Shown piece by piece: positions 56,344-64,000 of a DNA stretch of 64,000 nt. The position numbers and the translations under genes are program-made. The DNA lies in the NCBI GenBank assembly GCA_036666555.1, contig JAVWVS010000004.1, forward strand, positions 42,731 to 106,730. Reading direction: 5' to 3'. The stretch is from Lachnospiraceae bacterium. Lineage in GTDB: Bacteria; Bacillota; Clostridia; Lachnospirales; Lachnospiraceae. The notes beneath the pieces were generated by a model, which was given only the letters and a program-made list of their open reading frames with translations, was not told where the DNA came from and ran no database searches. How positions within the stretch are numbered: position 1 is the stretch's first letter; every line of letters begins with the position of its first letter.

Positions 56344-57054
56344 ATGATAAAATCAGATTTGCATACACACTCCATCGCCAGTGGTCATGTGACCACCGAT
56401 ACCATTGCCCAGATGGCAAAGCAGGCTGCTAGAATGAACATGTCACTGCTGGGTATTACCGATCACGGACCGGCTACCCTTGGCTCTTGTAAGTCTTCTT
56501 ATTTTCGAAGCCTTGCTTATGCTCCGAAAGAGCGTTTTGGCGTTCCGGTATTCTATGGAGTGGAATTGAATATTTTAGACCAAAATGGAAGTGTGGATTT
56601 AGATTCCCACATTTTATCTGGTTTGGATTATGCCGTTGCCAGCATGCACACACAGAATATCCCGTCCGGTACTATAGAGGAAAATACAGCCGGTTACCTA
56701 AACGCAATGAAGAATCCTGCTGTAAAAATCATCGGGCATTGTGACGACACCAAATATCCAGTAGATTATCAGGCATTGGTGGCCGCAGCCAAAGAATATC
56801 ACGTTTTGTTGGAGATCAATAATGCCTCTCTATCTCCTTTGGGGTATCGTGGGGATACTCGGTCCAACAACGAAACACTGTTAAACTATTGTCTGGCCTA
56901 TGCCCATCCGGTCATTCTGTCCAGTGACAGCCACGGCTGCAGTCATCTGGGAGATGTGTCCTATGCAGAAGCGCTGATAGAAAAGGTTGGTTTTCCGGAA
57001 TCGCTGATTTTAAATAACCAAATAGAAAAACTAAAGGACTTTATTCAAAGATAA
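56344..57054 (+). CDS. PHP-domain metal-dependent phosphoesterase (YcdX-like)
   Basis: 236 aa from ATG 56344. DLHTHSIASGH, ITDHGP, SDSHG motifs. The ORF-track TTG extension covers the promoter region. Confidence 0.8.
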   Translation: MIKSDLHTHSIASGHVTTDTIAQMAKQAARMNMSLLGITDHGPATLGSCKSSYFRSLAYAPKERFGVPVFYGVELNILDQNGSVDLDSHILSGLDYAVASMHTQNIPSGTIEENTAGYLNAMKNPAVKIIGHCDDTKYPVDYQALVAAAKEYHVLLEINNASLSPLGYRGDTRSNNETLLNYCLAYAHPVILSSDSHGCSHLGDVSYAEALIEKVGFPESLILNNQIEKLKDFIQR

Positions 57055-57069
57055 AGTCCTTTAGTTTTT
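57026..57069. terminator. Bidirectional terminator between convergent PHP and ParA genes
   Basis: Perfect 19-bp inverted repeat AAAAACTAAAGGACTTTAT-tcaaag-ATAAAGTCCTTTAGTTTTT. The left arm lies within the last PHP codons. Confidence 0.8.
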
Positions 57070-57852
57070 CTATTGATTCCTGATTTCCTGTGCCAATGCC
57101 ATATATTCCTTGGCACTTCGGCTACTTTTTTTATAGGCCAGAACCGGCTTACAATTATCTTGTGCCCATTCTATAGCACTGTCCACTCGGATGTAGTTCT
57201 GAAATACCTTTACCTCATCCAGTGCTTCCAACGTCTCTAATGTCTGTTTGAAATAATTTTTTCTGGTATCTACTTTGGTCACTGCAATTCCCATTAATTT
57301 TAAATCCACCGCAGTTTTTTGTACCTCGCTTAAATATTCGAACATATTCGCCAGACCAAACAGCCCCCAAGGACTCGCCTCCACCGGTATAATCAAGTCA
57401 TCCGAAGCATGGAGAATATTGGTGACCCATCCCCCTAAGGTAGGTGGTGCATCGATTAGAATATAATCATAATCCCCTTGTTTTCGAATCCCTGCGATTC
57501 CTTTTTTTAAAATCAGTTCCCGTTGTCTTTTGGAAAACAATTCATATTCAATGCCACTCATGCGGGTGGACGATGGAATCAAATCCAATCCTTCGTATTT
57601 CGTATGTACAATCTTCTGACTGAGTTCCCCTTGTGTCCGAATCCCTTCGAATAAATTTAGAGTTCCCTCTGCATAAGCAAATACTTCCTCCTCTTCACAA
57701 AAGGAAAGAGACAGATTCATCTGCATGTCCCCATCTATGAGTAAAACTTTTTGATTCAGCAATGACAAGGCATATCCAATATTCGAGCAAGTGGTAGTCT
57801 TACCGCTTCCCCCTTTATTATTAGCAAAACAGATTACTTTTGTCTGATTCAT
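57070..57852 (-). CDS. ParA/Soj-family (deviant Walker A) ATPase, orphan with no ParB partner in the window
   Basis: 260 aa from ATG 57852 (GAGGTG 4 nt upstream). KVICFANNKGGSGKTT deviant Walker A and ILIDAPP motif. The ORF-track extension overlaps tmcAL and is rejected. Confidence 0.85.
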   Translation of the reverse strand: MNQTKVICFANNKGGSGKTTTCSNIGYALSLLNQKVLLIDGDMQMNLSLSFCEEEEVFAYAEGTLNLFEGIRTQGELSQKIVHTKYEGLDLIPSSTRMSGIEYELFSKRQRELILKKGIAGIRKQGDYDYILIDAPPTLGGWVTNILHASDDLIIPVEASPWGLFGLANMFEYLSEVQKTAVDLKLMGIAVTKVDTRKNYFKQTLETLEALDEVKVFQNYIRVDSAIEWAQDNCKPVLAYKKSSRSAKEYMALAQEIRNQ

Positions 57853-57881
57853 AAAACACCTCATTTTCTCAATAAGTTCTT

Positions 57882-57910
57882 TTGCGTTACGATTCCATTT
57901 ATAGTATAAT
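57882..57910 (+). promoter_or_regulatory. Putative tmcAL promoter
   Basis: TTGCGT (57882-57887), 17 nt, TATAAT (57905-57910). Confidence 0.4.
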
Positions 57911-57960
57911 CGGAAATAACCAGATATGCAACCACAAAGGAAAGGGGAGTTGATCCCATT

Positions 57961-59250
57961 ATGAAGACTGTAGGTCTTATTACTGAATATAATCCGTTTC
58001 ATAACGGACATCAATATCACATCGAACAATCCAAGAAAATCACCGGCGCCGACACCGTCATCGTCGTTATGTGTGGGGATTATGTGCAACGGGGAATTCC
58101 CGCCATTATGCCTAAGCACCTTCGTGCAGAAGTTGCTCTCCATGCGGGAGCTTCTATTATCATTGAACTTCCGGTATGCTATGCTTGCGGAAGTGCAGAG
58201 TATTTCGCCACAGGAGCCGTTTCTTTGCTAAACAGCCTGGGATGTGTGGATTTCATTTGCTTTGGAAGTGAATGCGGCGACTTAGAAACCATGGACATAT
58301 TGGCCCGCACTTTAGTGGAAGAGCCTGCCACTTACCAAGAACTATTGAAATCGCATCTAAAAAAAGGTAATCCCTTTCCCCTTGCCAGACAAAAGGCATT
58401 GAAAGAATATTTACAAGACGATTCCTTAGATGCCGTCTTAGAACAGCCCAACAATATATTGGGTATCGAATATTTAAAGGCATTGAAGTTACTTCACAGT
58501 TCCATCACCCCCTACACCATCAAACGAAAAGTATCCGGATATCATGACAACGAACTTTCCGACACCTTTAGTTCTGCCTCTGCCATTCGTAAACTTTTGG
58601 CTTTTTCCGGAAATGCCATACATCTGGAATCCAACACCATTTACGATGAACCGGAACTATCCGATGTATTGGCTCGCTTAGAGGGGCAGGTTCCGACAGT
58701 CTGTATTAAACTATTAGAAGAAAATCATCGCATACGTTACCCCATTTACTCCAATGATTTTTCTATGGTTCTAAAATACAAGCTCCTATCCGAGACCAAA
58801 GAATCTTTACAGGAATATTTAGATATTACGCCGGATCTTGCCAATCGTATCTTGAATCTTCGCAATGACTTCATTACCTTTGACCAATTCTGCGACTTGT
58901 TAAAGACCAGAGAATTGACCTATAGCCGCATCAGCAGAAGTCTTCTCCATCTTCTGTTAGACATTAAAAAGGAACATTTAGACGATTACAAATCCTTTGG
59001 TTACCATCAGTACATTCACCTGTTGGGATTTGTAAAAGAACAGACCCCATTATTATCTTTGATCAACGATACTTCCACACTTCCTTTAATTACCAAATTG
59101 ACTGATGTAGATAAGCTCAGTGAATCCGGTATAGAAATGCTTCGCCGTGATATCTATGCCGCTGATTTATATGAATCTGTTATTACCGACAAATTCAAAT
59201 TTCCATTTATCAGCGAATACCAGCAACAACTTATAAAGACGAGCCGGTAA
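57961..59250 (+). CDS. tmcAL: tRNA(Met) cytidine acetate ligase (YlbM/UPF0348 nucleotidyltransferase family)
   Basis: 429 aa. The N-terminus GLITEYNPFHNGHQYHI is characteristic of the YlbM/TmcAL family. Confidence 0.85.
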   Translation: MKTVGLITEYNPFHNGHQYHIEQSKKITGADTVIVVMCGDYVQRGIPAIMPKHLRAEVALHAGASIIIELPVCYACGSAEYFATGAVSLLNSLGCVDFICFGSECGDLETMDILARTLVEEPATYQELLKSHLKKGNPFPLARQKALKEYLQDDSLDAVLEQPNNILGIEYLKALKLLHSSITPYTIKRKVSGYHDNELSDTFSSASAIRKLLAFSGNAIHLESNTIYDEPELSDVLARLEGQVPTVCIKLLEENHRIRYPIYSNDFSMVLKYKLLSETKESLQEYLDITPDLANRILNLRNDFITFDQFCDLLKTRELTYSRISRSLLHLLLDIKKEHLDDYKSFGYHQYIHLLGFVKEQTPLLSLINDTSTLPLITKLTDVDKLSESGIEMLRRDIYAADLYESVITDKFKFPFISEYQQQLIKTSR

Positions 59251-59264
59251 CCGGTTCGTCTTTT
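59235..59264. terminator. Terminator between convergent tmcAL and degV-family gene
   Basis: AAAGACGAGCCGG-taa-CCGGTTCGTCTTT (one G-U pair) followed by a T tract. The loop is the tmcAL stop codon. Confidence 0.6.
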
Positions 59265-59266
59265 GG

Positions 59267-60130
59267 TTATGCAATATTTTTTTTCGTACAAGCAATGGCA
59301 AGTGCGCCCGGTCCAATATGACACGCCACACTTAAGGATAACCGGTCCATATAGATATCCCTGGTATTAAAACGATCTTCTAGTTCTTCTTTCCATTCTT
59401 TTGCAGTACTTTGATCACATGTATAAGCTGCCTGCAGATGTACTTCTTCAAGACCTCCAAAACGATGGGTAATGTCTTTTTCCATTGCCGTTAGCATGGC
59501 ACGTTTTGCCTGTTTAAACCCTCTGACTTTGGTATAGGCATCTAGTTTCTCGCCTTGTATCTGCAGTACCGGCTTTAAGTTCAGGACGGTTCCAATGGCT
59601 GCTGCTGCCGGAGTGATTCTGCCACCTTTTTTGAGATATTTCAAAGTGTCTACCGCAATATAGATGCTGGTATCTAATTTTTCTTGTTCCAACTGCTCCT
59701 TGATCTGGGCTGCGGTATTGCCTTGTTCTACCAGCTGTCGTGCTAAAAGAACTGACTGTCTCTGAGTAACGGAAATTCTTTGATTATTTACCACTTCCAC
59801 TTTATCTTCATACTCTCCGGCAAGCATCATCGCAGTCTCGCAGGAACCACTTAGTCCGCTGGACATGGGAATATGTACCACCTGATCGTACTCTTCTAAT
59901 AATTGATCCCATAATGTTGTCACATCTGCCGGTGATGGTTGGGATGTTTTGATATCTGCCGTATCATCTGCCAGTTTCTCATAAAACGCTTCCTGGGAAA
60001 GAGAAATGTCTTCTAAAAACAATTCATCATTGATATAAAAAGGCATGGGAAGCACATAAACTCCCAGTTCTTTTCCCTGTGTCTGCGTAATCCCACTATT
60101 GCTGTCTGTTACGATTGCTATTGTTCCCAT
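59267..60130 (-). CDS. DegV-family fatty-acid-binding protein
   Basis: 287 aa. IAIVTDSNSG N-terminus and overall DegV-like sequence. Confidence 0.88.
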   Translation of the reverse strand: MGTIAIVTDSNSGITQTQGKELGVYVLPMPFYINDELFLEDISLSQEAFYEKLADDTADIKTSQPSPADVTTLWDQLLEEYDQVVHIPMSSGLSGSCETAMMLAGEYEDKVEVVNNQRISVTQRQSVLLARQLVEQGNTAAQIKEQLEQEKLDTSIYIAVDTLKYLKKGGRITPAAAAIGTVLNLKPVLQIQGEKLDAYTKVRGFKQAKRAMLTAMEKDITHRFGGLEEVHLQAAYTCDQSTAKEWKEELEDRFNTRDIYMDRLSLSVACHIGPGALAIACTKKNIA

Positions 60131-60157
60131 AAAAATCCTCTCTTTTAGTCTTGCTTT

Positions 60158-60955
60158 CTACACCGTAATCATATCAGATATGGCGTCTCTCTTGGCTACA
60201 AACATAGGAATATCTTCTCCTTTGTATGGATTGTCTCCCATGGTTACTTCTAACTTCACCGTTTCATAAGCTAATTTTTCATAATTATTTTCCTGGCTCA
60301 AATGTCCAAGCATCACACATTTCAAATCCTTATGCAGTATATCACAAAGCAACCTTCCTGACAATTCATTGGATAAATGTCCCTGTTCTCCGGCTACCCG
60401 CTGCTTCAAATAATAAGGATAAGAGCCAACTTCCAACATATGGATATCGTGATTCGCTTCCAAGAGCAGTGCATGAATGCCTTTCAAATTTTCTACCGTA
60501 TAGTCCGTATAGACCCCAAGGTCGGTGGCGACTCCCACTGATTTTCCACCCTGTCCAATGCGATATCCCGCCGGTTCATTGGCATCATGGGAAATGGAAA
60601 AGGGATGAATACTTAAATCTCCCAGTGAAAAGGTCTCATCCACTTCAATCACATGAAACAGTCCTTCCGGCATCTTGCCTAAACTGCTGTAATTTTCAAT
60701 TCCCTGAAGTGTTCCCCTGGTAGCATAAATGGGAATGCCGTATTTGCGGCTAAAGACTCCCAGGCCTTTGATGTGATCGGAATGCTCATGGGTCACTAAG
60801 ATACCTGATAATTCCTCTCCCTTGATTCCAATGGTATGTAATCCTTCGTCAATTCTTTTTTTACTGATGCCCGTATCCACTAACACATGTGTCCGGTCAC
60901 TTCCCACGTAGATGCAATTACCACTGCTTCCACTGGCGATACTACACAATCTCAT
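60158..60955 (-). CDS. MBL-fold metallo-hydrolase (YycJ/WalJ-like)
   Basis: 265 aa. HEHSDH (HxHxDH) motif. N-terminus MRLCSIASGSSGNCIYVG is typical of this family. Confidence 0.85.
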   Translation of the reverse strand: MRLCSIASGSSGNCIYVGSDRTHVLVDTGISKKRIDEGLHTIGIKGEELSGILVTHEHSDHIKGLGVFSRKYGIPIYATRGTLQGIENYSSLGKMPEGLFHVIEVDETFSLGDLSIHPFSISHDANEPAGYRIGQGGKSVGVATDLGVYTDYTVENLKGIHALLLEANHDIHMLEVGSYPYYLKQRVAGEQGHLSNELSGRLLCDILHKDLKCVMLGHLSQENNYEKLAYETVKLEVTMGDNPYKGEDIPMFVAKRDAISDMITV

Positions 60956-60967
60956 ATAATATTTCTC

Positions 60968-61564
60968 CTAAAACTGCTGTGCTTTCAAAATCCCATCTAT
61001 CTGTGCACAAGTCTGTGAAAAATCATGACTGTTGTCAATTCGTATCTGACACCCTTGTTCATATACACTTTCTTTGGCCTGATTTTGAATGATTGCAGTT
61101 ATCTTCTCATCCGGATATCCTCTGGATATTTTTAGCCGTTCTCTTCGAACGGATTCCTCTGTATAAATATACCACAATTCATCACAAATTGCATCATACT
61201 TATCTTCCAACAACAGCGCTGCCTCTAGCACGAACAACCTGGTTCCCCGATTTCGTTCCCAAGCAATTTGCTCCTGTACATAAGCTTTTACCGCGGGATG
61301 CACGATTTCATTGAGTTGATGAAGCTTGCCGGCATCGTCAAACACCATGGCTGCCAATTTTTCCCGGTTCACTTCCCCACCGTCTAGTAAGATTTCTCTG
61401 CCAAATTGTTCCACCATTTTAGCATAGCATATTTGCCCAGGAGCCTGTAACTTTCTGGCAATTTCATCTGCTTCATATATGGAAGCGCAGAAGGTATCTT
61501 TGAGATACCTTAGCACTTGACTTTTCCCTGAGCCCACGCCACCTGTAATTCCAATTATTCTCAT
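60968..61564 (-). CDS. coaE: Dephospho-CoA kinase
   Basis: 198 aa. P-loop GITGGVGSGKS. Confidence 0.92.
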   Translation of the reverse strand: MRIIGITGGVGSGKSQVLRYLKDTFCASIYEADEIARKLQAPGQICYAKMVEQFGREILLDGGEVNREKLAAMVFDDAGKLHQLNEIVHPAVKAYVQEQIAWERNRGTRLFVLEAALLLEDKYDAICDELWYIYTEESVRRERLKISRGYPDEKITAIIQNQAKESVYEQGCQIRIDNSHDFSQTCAQIDGILKAQQF

Positions 61565-61581
61565 TTTCTCTTTTCACCTAT

Positions 61582-64000
61582 TTACTTGGTCTCATACCAG
61601 TTCTTTCCGGTATTCATATCTACAATCAAAGGAACATCCAAAGATGCCGCCTGTTCCATTTCCTTTTTCAAAATCAGTTTCACTGCTTCTAGCTCTTCCA
61701 TTTTCGTTTCCACTAAAAGCTCATCGTGCACCTGCAGCACAATCCGAGACTGTAGGTGTTGTTCTTTCAATGCGTGGTTAACACGAATCATAGCAATCTT
61801 CATAATATCTGCAGCCGTTCCTTGAATGGGTGAATTCATAGCTACCCGTTCTCCAAAAGCCCGTTGCATAAAATTACTGGAAGCCAGCTCCGGAACCGGT
61901 CTGCGTCTTCCAAATAAAGTCACCACATACCCATCTTCTTTGGCATGAGCCACCGTATCATCTAAGAATTCCTTGATTCCCGGATAGGTTTCAAAATAAC
62001 TGTCAATATAAGCCGCTGCTTCTTTTCTGGTAATGCTTAACCCTTGGCTTAATCCAAAGGAACTGATGCCATATACGATACCAAAATTCACTGCCTTGGC
62101 ATTTCTTCTTTCCTCCTCAGTAACTTCTTCAAAGGGAATATGAAATACTTGGGAAGCGGTAGCACGGTGAATGTCCTGTGCCTCCCGATAAGCTTTAATT
62201 AATTGTGCATCTCCGGAACAATGGGCCAATATTCGAAGCTCTATCTGGGAATAATCCGCATCTAAAAATACCGATCCTTCTTCCGGAATAAATACTTTTC
62301 GAATCAGCCGTCCCAGTTCCATTCGCACCGGTATGTTTTGTAAATTGGGTTCGGTGCTGCTAATACGTCCGGTGGCTGTAATCGTCTGATTAAAAGTTCC
62401 GTGAATTCGCCCGTCTTCTCCGATATAATGAGCCAGACCATCTGCATAGGTGGATTTCAGTTTGGTTAATTGACGATATTCTAATATCTTAGTCACCACC
62501 GGATATTCTCCTGCCAGCTTTTCCAATACATCTGCGGCGGTAGAGTATCCCGTTTTGGTTTTCTTTCCATTTGGCAGTCCCAAATGGTCAAACAGCACGA
62601 TTCCTAATTGCTTGGGGGAATTAATATTAAATTCCTCCCCTGCGATGATAAAGATGTCTGTTTCCAGTTCCTGAATTTTCCCCACTAACTGATCCCCATA
62701 TATTTTCAGCGCATCTGCCTGCACTTTTACGCCGGCATTTTCCATCTCTGCCAAAGCAAATAAAAGTGGCATCTCAATCTCTTGAAAAAGCGTATCCATC
62801 TGCTGTTCTTTCAGTTTATCTTGTAACGGTTTCACACCGGCGTAGGCCGTATATGCTTGATATCCCACGCGAATGGTCTCTTCTGCTTTTTCATCAATGG
62901 TCAAATCCAGCTGTTCTCTGGCAACGTCTTCCGCCGTATAATCATTCTTCAAGGGGTTCAGCAAATACGCTGCCACTCGCATATCAAAACAATTCTCCTG
63001 TCTTTTCAGGTGGATCTGATGCATTCCTTCTTTCAGGTCGAACATGGAAAAAGTGCCTACACATGCTGCAACTTCTTCCACTTCTGTTAGAAGATAGTCT
63101 GTAGTCAATTCCACACCGGTCTGCATAATATAAATCTGTTTTTTCCCATATGCAAGTCCAATGCCGCCAAGTCCTGCCATGGACGCAAAAAGTGGCAACA
63201 CATCCTTGGTATTTTGGTATAATACCACCCCTACGATCTCTTGTTTTTTCGCTTCTTCAAAAATATTCCCAGCATCTTTTCTGGTCTGTATCACTTGGAA
63301 ATTCGTTTCGATTTTATTGGAACTGACCTCCACGTCAAATCGTCCCAGCAGATTTTTGAATTGCAATTTTTGAAAAAAGGCATAAGCCTCCTTGGTGTAA
63401 AGGTTCTGTAATTTTGCCTCTCCCATCTCATAAGGGAAATCGGCGTGTACTTCAATGGTCGCCAGTTCTTTGCTCATCTGCGCCTGTCCATAATATTCTT
63501 TCAAAGCAGCAGCCGCCCGTGGTGGTTTCAGTTCCTCCACCTGTGCATATGCCTGTTCAATAGAGCCGTATTCCACGATGATCTTCGTTGCGGTCTTCTC
63601 TCCAATGCTTGGCACTCCCGGAATGTTGTCCGAGGCATCTCCCATCAATGCTTTCACATCAATAAATTCCTTCGGTGTTACCTGATAACGGGTCTTCACA
63701 TCTTCTGCATAATAATCTTCTACTTCAGTCTTCCCTTGTTTGGTTTTAGGAATACGAATCTTCACATGCTGGGTCGCAAGTTGTAGCAGATCACGATCTC
63801 CGGAGATCACTGCAACTTCCAGTCCTTGTTCTTCACACCTTTTGGCCAATGTTCCCAGAAGGTCATCTGCTTCTAATCCTGCCTGTTCTATGATTTTCAC
63901 GCCCATGGCACACAATACTTCCTTAATTACAGGTACCTGCTGTCTTAATTCTTCTAACATAGGTTTTCTTGTACCCTTATAATCCGCGAACATCTCATGG
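61582..64000 (-). CDS. polA: DNA polymerase I (N-terminus beyond window end)
   Basis: 5'-3' exonuclease region, then polymerase motifs DYSQIELR (A), RRNAKAVNFGIVYG (B) and QVHDEL (C). The ORF remains open to the window edge. Confidence 0.95.
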   Translation of the reverse strand, partial: HEMFADYKGTRKPMLEELRQQVPVIKEVLCAMGVKIIEQAGLEADDLLGTLAKRCEEQGLEVAVISGDRDLLQLATQHVKIRIPKTKQGKTEVEDYYAEDVKTRYQVTPKEFIDVKALMGDASDNIPGVPSIGEKTATKIIVEYGSIEQAYAQVEELKPPRAAAALKEYYGQAQMSKELATIEVHADFPYEMGEAKLQNLYTKEAYAFFQKLQFKNLLGRFDVEVSSNKIETNFQVIQTRKDAGNIFEEAKKQEIVGVVLYQNTKDVLPLFASMAGLGGIGLAYGKKQIYIMQTGVELTTDYLLTEVEEVAACVGTFSMFDLKEGMHQIHLKRQENCFDMRVAAYLLNPLKNDYTAEDVAREQLDLTIDEKAEETIRVGYQAYTAYAGVKPLQDKLKEQQMDTLFQEIEMPLLFALAEMENAGVKVQADALKIYGDQLVGKIQELETDIFIIAGEEFNINSPKQLGIVLFDHLGLPNGKKTKTGYSTAADVLEKLAGEYPVVTKILEYRQLTKLKSTYADGLAHYIGEDGRIHGTFNQTITATGRISSTEPNLQNIPVRMELGRLIRKVFIPEEGSVFLDADYSQIELRILAHCSGDAQLIKAYREAQDIHRATASQVFHIPFEEVTEEERRNAKAVNFGIVYGISSFGLSQGLSITRKEAAAYIDSYFETYPGIKEFLDDTVAHAKEDGYVVTLFGRRRPVPELASSNFMQRAFGERVAMNSPIQGTAADIMKIAMIRVNHALKEQHLQSRIVLQVHDELLVETKMEELEAVKLILKKEMEQAASLDVPLIVDMNTGKNWYETK

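Noticed and set aside
57853-58143. The ORF-track N-terminal extension of the ParA gene (357 aa), which overlaps tmcAL on the opposite strand.
   Set aside because: The ParA fold starts at MNQTKVICFANNKGGSGKTT (ATG 57852, with an SD). The extension has no homology signal and covers the tmcAL promoter and start.
1-64000. I looked for mobile elements, CRISPR arrays, tRNA/rRNA genes and defence-system hallmarks across the window.
   Set aside because: I saw no transposase, integrase or recombinase ORFs, no regularly spaced direct repeats, no cloverleaf-like or rRNA-like untranslated stretches (all gaps are under 250 bp), and no nuclease/helicase/methylase clusters. The window looks like core chromosome plus one catabolic island.

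Overview
This is a 64-kb chromosomal segment from a low-GC Gram-positive anaerobe. The gene order (tepA-ftsK, and pta-ackA-yceD-rpmF-plsX-acpP-rnc-smc-ftsY) looks Clostridia/Lachnospiraceae-like, but the species cannot be determined from the sequence alone. I call about 62 protein genes, all but four on the minus strand. I saw no rRNA, tRNA, CRISPR array, transposase, integrase or obvious prophage or defence genes.

Layout:
- 1-28.4 kb is housekeeping: ftsK, tepA-like, metY, a Cys-motif hypothetical, yebC, soluble corC/ybeX-like, mazF, alr, nnr, rex, ABC-F, pip, NADP-icd, a GntR regulator, a Re-citrate-synthase-like gene, ilvA, ftsY, smc, rnc, acpP, plsX, rpmF (59 aa, absent from the ORF track), yceD, ackA and pta.
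- 28.5-56.1 kb is a compact L-fucose island. It holds FucU, a sugar ABC importer, a binding-protein/histidine-kinase/AraC-type response-regulator sensor, a RhaB-family kinase, FucI, AraC and DeoR regulators, and a glycyl-radical-enzyme bacterial microcompartment (BMC). The BMC part comprises the GRE and its activase, PduU/V, FucA, DUF336, an acylating aldehyde dehydrogenase, a Zn-ADH, four BMC-H proteins, PduL, PduN, PduS, PduT and an Fe-ADH.
- 56.3-64 kb holds a PHP phosphoesterase, an orphan ParA ATPase, tmcAL, degV, an MBL-fold hydrolase, coaE and polA (cut by the window end).

The most system-like content is the fucose BMC island. Its core matches the GRM5-type fucose/rhamnose metabolosome already described in Clostridium phytofermentans and Roseburia inulinivorans, so I do not claim a new system. 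I flag specific details instead:
- a Cys-cluster tail on the aldolase;
- a BMC-H with a replaced pore loop;
- a BMC-H with a Lys/Ala-rich N-terminal extension and two Shine-Dalgarno-backed (SD, ribosome-binding site) starts;
- encapsulation-peptide-like helices on five cargo proteins;
- twin consensus promoters sharing motifs;
- an orphan ParA next to the locus;
- outside the island, a MazF toxin with no room for an antitoxin and a recurring TTGTATACAA palindrome in two promoters.

Several ORF-track starts were trimmed to internal or alternative (TTG/GTG) starts that have good SD sequences. All product calls rest on motif and family recognition by eye. No database search, alignment program or folding program was run.
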